Virus record (IMG/VR): IMGVR_UViG_3300032303_001195
Coordinates: 28,157 to 92,156 of that record
Direction: 5' to 3' (one strand)
Origin: a virus
Lineage: Duplodnaviria > Caudoviricetes
Length of the DNA stretch: 64,000 nucleotides
Below the pieces are notes generated by a model. The model made no database searches, was not told the origin of the DNA, and saw only the letters and a program-made list of their open reading frames with translations. Made by a program: the position numbers and the translations under genes. Within the stretch, counting starts at the first letter, position 1. Every line of letters starts with the position of its first letter. Positions 60,272-64,000 of the stretch are shown here, one piece after another.

Positions 60272-60570
60272 TGGGTCGCCGTAAAAAGTTTGTAGCACCA
60301 GCAATTGCAAATAAGTTCCAGCGTGAGTTTGTGGCAGAGTTGCCCAACGGTAGAACTATTGAGGCTGGAGAAAACATTAAAATTATTGGTGAACATGGAA
60401 TGGTCTTTAGGTTTCATGCACTAACAACTAATATTGAAACTGGTGTTTCTTGGATTGATTGTCACCAGATTGAAAAGACACGAATCGCAGCTTTACGTTC
60501 ATTCTCTATTGATCGTGTCAAGAAGATTCCTGTAAGGAGGAAACGTGTCAAACGAGAACCAAATAGTTGA
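60271..60570 (+). CDS. hypothetical protein (SH3-like)
   Basis: ORF track; TAATG coupling. Confidence 0.7.
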   Translation: MGRRKKFVAPAIANKFQREFVAELPNGRTIEAGENIKIIGEHGMVFRFHALTTNIETGVSWIDCHQIEKTRIAALRSFSIDRVKKIPVRRKRVKREPNS

Positions 60571-61078
60571 ACACCTAGATCAGATGAATAAAGTCGTTGC
60601 CAAGTATCTTGAGGGTAGCGATCCAACAAAGATTTCTAAAGAGCTTTCACTTCCACGAACTAAGGTAGTCGCATATCTAGAAGAGTGGAAGATTATGGCA
60701 TCTAACAATGCTGCTATTCGTGAACGAGCACGAGAGGCTTTGGTAGCTGCTGATACTCATTATAACAAGTTGATCCAGCAGACCTATGAGGTGATTGATG
60801 ATGCCACTACTACTGCTAATCTTAGTGCAAAGACAACAGCAATTAAACTAGTACTTGATATTGAATCACGTCGTATTGATATGCTACAAAAGGCAGGTCT
60901 TCTTGAGAATAAGGAACTTGCAGAAGAAATGATGGAGATTGAAAACCGACAGCAGATTCTTATGAATATCCTTAAAGACATTGCTGCAGAACATCCAGAG
61001 GTACGAGACAAGATTATGCGTCGCCTATCTGAAGCTTCAAAGAGCAATGAGGTGATAACAGTTGTCAGCGATGTTTGA
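60545..61078 (+). CDS. terminase small subunit (probable)
   Basis: N-terminal HTH and coiled coil, immediately upstream of TerL. Confidence 0.65.
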   Translation: MSNENQIVEHLDQMNKVVAKYLEGSDPTKISKELSLPRTKVVAYLEEWKIMASNNAAIRERAREALVAADTHYNKLIQQTYEVIDDATTTANLSAKTTAIKLVLDIESRRIDMLQKAGLLENKELAEEMMEIENRQQILMNILKDIAAEHPEVRDKIMRRLSEASKSNEVITVVSDV

Positions 61079-62852
61079 TGATTTTCTTGAGGTACTCAAG
61101 GATAACTATTTTGCAGAAACTCCTGTAAATGTAAAAACATTTGTTGAGGGTGAAGAGTTTTTAGGTCAGCCACCGTTGTCACAGGTACAGTATGACATTG
61201 TAGAAGCTATGAGCCAGGTGTATAAGCTTCCAGAGCTTCAAGATCTTATGGGTACTGCTGAGGGTACAGCATATTACAAAAAGTATACTAAGAATGAAGT
61301 TATTCTTCAGCTTGGTAAGGGTAGTGGTAAAGACTTTACATCTACCGTTGCTTGTGCCTATATTGTATACAAACTCCTGTGTCTAAAAGATCCAGCACGT
61401 TACTTTGGTAAGCCGTCTGGTGACGCTATTGATATTATTAACGTGGCTATTAACGCACAACAGGCTAAGAACGTCTTCTTCAAAGGATTCAAAACTAAGA
61501 TTGAGAAGTCACCATGGTTTGCTGGTAAGTTTTATGCTAAGGCAGACTCTATTGAGTTTGACCATGCTATCACAGTTTACTCTGGTCACTCTGAACGAGA
61601 GTCTCACGAGGGTCTAAACCTTATCCTAGCTGTTCTTGACGAGATTTCTGGTTTTGCTCAGGAAGTTGGAACAGGAAACGATCAGGGTAAGACCGCTGAT
61701 AACATCTATAAAGCCTTCCGTGCCTCTGTGGACTCACGTTTCCCAGATGTTGGCAAGGTAGCACTACTGTCATTCCCTCGCTATCCAGGAGACTTTATCT
61801 CTCAACGTTATGATGATGTTATTGCTGAAAAAGAAGTTATCACAAAGCATCATAAGTTTGTTATGAACCCAGATCTTCCAGAAGATTCCGAGGGTAACAG
61901 TCTTGAAATTGAATGGGATGAAGACACTATTCTTAATTATAAGTATCCAGGAGTGTTTGCCCTAAAACGTCCTACATGGGTAGTAAATCCTACAAGACAG
62001 ATTGATGATTTCAAGCTTGCCTTTTATACAGACATTGGTGACGCAATGCAACGTTTCGCTTGTGTCCCTACCTTTAGTTCTGATGCATTCTTTAAGCAAC
62101 AGGAAAAGGTTCGTGCTGCTATGACACTAAGAAATCCACTAGATAATTTCCGTCGCTTTGATGAAACGTTTGTGCCTGATCCAGATAAAATTTATTTTGT
62201 TCATGCTGACCTTGCACAAAGACATGATAAGTGTGCTGTAGCAATTGCCCATGTAGATAAGTGGGTAAACATCCAGGTGATTAAAGACTACCAGCAGGTT
62301 GCCCCCATCGTCGTAGTAGATGCCGTAGCGTGGTGGGAACCTAGGGTAGAGGGTCCTGTAAACCTTTCTGAGGTAAAACAGTGGATTCAAAATCTTAGAC
62401 GCTTAGGATTCAATATAGGGATGGTCAGCTTTGACCGCTGGCAATCATTTGATATTCAGAATGAACTAAAACAGGTTGGCATGAGAACTGAAACTGTATC
62501 TGTTGCTAAGAAGCATTATGAAGATATGGCTATGCTTATATATGAAGATCGTCTAGCTATGCCAGCAATTGACCTTCTATTTGAAGAGCTTACAGAGCTT
62601 AAGATTGTAAAACAAAATCGTGTCGATCACCCTCGTAAATCTTCTAAGGACTTGGCAGATGCTGTATGTGGAGCTATCTTTGGGGCTATCTCTCATACTC
62701 CAAAAAGTCTTAATCCAGTAATTGAGATTCATCAATTTTCTGGTGACAAGAAAAAGAAAGATGAATTTGACCTACCAGGCGAAAATGTGATAAGCTATGA
62801 ACCTCATAGAGTAGAAATGCCCATGTGGTACGACAAAATGAACTTAATGTAA
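61071..62852 (+). CDS. terL: terminase large subunit
   Basis: LGKGSGKD Walker A, VLDE Walker B, HADLA, FDRWQS, KDLADA. Confidence 0.92.
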   Translation: MFDDFLEVLKDNYFAETPVNVKTFVEGEEFLGQPPLSQVQYDIVEAMSQVYKLPELQDLMGTAEGTAYYKKYTKNEVILQLGKGSGKDFTSTVACAYIVYKLLCLKDPARYFGKPSGDAIDIINVAINAQQAKNVFFKGFKTKIEKSPWFAGKFYAKADSIEFDHAITVYSGHSERESHEGLNLILAVLDEISGFAQEVGTGNDQGKTADNIYKAFRASVDSRFPDVGKVALLSFPRYPGDFISQRYDDVIAEKEVITKHHKFVMNPDLPEDSEGNSLEIEWDEDTILNYKYPGVFALKRPTWVVNPTRQIDDFKLAFYTDIGDAMQRFACVPTFSSDAFFKQQEKVRAAMTLRNPLDNFRRFDETFVPDPDKIYFVHADLAQRHDKCAVAIAHVDKWVNIQVIKDYQQVAPIVVVDAVAWWEPRVEGPVNLSEVKQWIQNLRRLGFNIGMVSFDRWQSFDIQNELKQVGMRTETVSVAKKHYEDMAMLIYEDRLAMPAIDLLFEELTELKIVKQNRVDHPRKSSKDLADAVCGAIFGAISHTPKSLNPVIEIHQFSGDKKKKDEFDLPGENVISYEPHRVEMPMWYDKMNLM

Positions 62853-62862
62853 GTGGGGTATA

Positions 62863-63252
62863 ATGATAGATATCGTTTACTACTCAAATCGTTCGGGTAA
62901 TACTAAAAGGTTTGTAGAGAGTTTAGGTTATGAAAACGCCTATTCAGTGTATGACATAATGTCAGCAAAAAATGAATATGTGCTTTTTGTCCCCACCTAC
63001 GGTGCTGGGGCTGGAGACTATGCAGTCCCTAGAGCAGTCGCTACATTTTTAAATATTAAGAGTAATAGAGATTTGCTTCGAGGTGTTGTTGGTTTTGGAA
63101 ACACAAACTTTGGAAAAGATTTTTGTAAAGCTGCAAAGATTATTTCCAAAAAAACTGGTGTGCCTATTTTAGGTAAAGTAGAATTATTCGGGACTCCCGA
63201 AGATGTAATAGAAATCAAAGAAAGGTTGGAGATGTTTAATGACACAGTATAG
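62863..63252 (+). CDS. nrdI: class Ib RNR flavodoxin NrdI
   Basis: [27 protein letters not shown]. Confidence 0.93.
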   Translation: MIDIVYYSNRSGNTKRFVESLGYENAYSVYDIMSAKNEYVLFVPTYGAGAGDYAVPRAVATFLNIKSNRDLLRGVVGFGNTNFGKDFCKAAKIISKKTGVPILGKVELFGTPEDVIEIKERLEMFNDTV

Positions 63253-64000
63253 TTATCACGAGCTAAACGCCATGCTGAATTTGTATGGTCCTAATGGCGA
63301 AATTCAATTTGACAAGGACAGGGAGGCAGCTAAGGCATACTTCCTGGATCATGTTAATCAGAATACCGTGTTTTTCCACAGCCTTGAAGAGAAGCTTGAC
63401 TATCTAGTAAAGAATGATTACTACGAAAAAGAGGTTCTTGATCTGTATGACTTTGAATTTATCAAGTCACGATTCAAGCAAGCATATGCAGTTAAGTTTC
63501 GATTCCCTGCATTCCTTGGGGCATACAAGTTCTATACTTCCTATGCACTAAAGACATTTGATGGTAACCGTTACCTAGAACGTTTTGAAGATCGTGTTGT
63601 CATGAATGCTTTGATGCTTGCTAAGGGCGACAAGAAGCTCGCTACTCAACTTGTAGATGAAATTATTTCAGGTCGTTTCCAACCAGCGACTCCAACATTC
63701 CTTAATTCTGGTAAGAAGCAGCGAGGTGAGTTTGTATCTTGCTTCCTTTTGCGTGTTGAAGATAATATGGAATCAATTGCTCGTGCAATTAACTCTTCTC
63801 TTCAACTATCTAAGCGTGGTGGTGGTGTTGCACTTAACCTTACAAATCTTCGTGAGACAGGTGCTCCAATCAAAAAGATTGAGAACCAGTCTTCTGGTGT
63901 GCTTCCAGTAATGAAACTACTTGAAGACTCATTCTCATACGCAAATCAACTAGGTGCTCGTCAGGGTGCAGGTGCAGTTTATCTTAATGCTCACCACCCA
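63239..64000 (+). CDS. nrdE: class Ib ribonucleotide reductase alpha subunit, 5' part (runs off the window)
   Basis: Hand translation [61 protein letters not shown]. Confidence 0.95.
   Translation, partial: MTQYSYHELNAMLNLYGPNGEIQFDKDREAAKAYFLDHVNQNTVFFHSLEEKLDYLVKNDYYEKEVLDLYDFEFIKSRFKQAYAVKFRFPAFLGAYKFYTSYALKTFDGNRYLERFEDRVVMNALMLAKGDKKLATQLVDEIISGRFQPATPTFLNSGKKQRGEFVSCFLLRVEDNMESIARAINSSLQLSKRGGGVALNLTNLRETGAPIKKIENQSSGVLPVMKLLEDSFSYANQLGARQGAGAVYLNAHHP

Noticed and set aside
52809-62852. Inteins or introns in DnaE, RecA or TerL
   Set aside because: The ORFs are continuous, of ordinary length, and show no intein splice motifs.

Overview
The window is 64 kb of a large, low-GC, lytic-looking siphovirus-type phage of Actinobacteria. 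The host call rests on NrdI/NrdE, a DnaE polymerase, leaderless genes and actinobacterial promoter motifs. 1-4780 is a GC-richer, minus-strand array of about 20 tiny genes, many below the ORF-track cutoff and translated by hand, ending in a tRNA-Asp. 4780-6500 holds a possible genome end or intergenic control region and a few small genes. 6500-48600 is the virion and lysis module: collagen-like fibre, glycosyltransferase, M23 lysins, portal, protease/scaffold, capsid, tail tube, chaperones, tape measure and tail-tip proteins. 48600-64000 holds helicase, primase, SSB, DnaE, RecA, Cas4-like nuclease, RuvC, terminase and class Ib RNR. The most striking signal is in the small-gene array. Fourteen promoters match the actinobacterial RecA-independent DNA-damage promoter TGTC(G/A)GT(G/A)-N8-TAnnnT, the PafBC/WYL 'RecA-NDp' motif (11 exact, 3 with variant -10s). 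The gene cassettes are delimited by 9 GC-rich GGCGCC elements that sit next to paired DnaA boxes or MtrA/GlnR-like direct repeats, with 8 copies of a WhiA-type CGACACGCCG box. Two 5' leaders contain a modular RNA structure built from a repeated internal loop. Other notable items are an endolysin-holin fusion with an internal start, a duplicated (frameshift-free) tail chaperone pair and a candidate hairpin sRNA. Protein family calls are from motif recognition by eye; no database searches were run.
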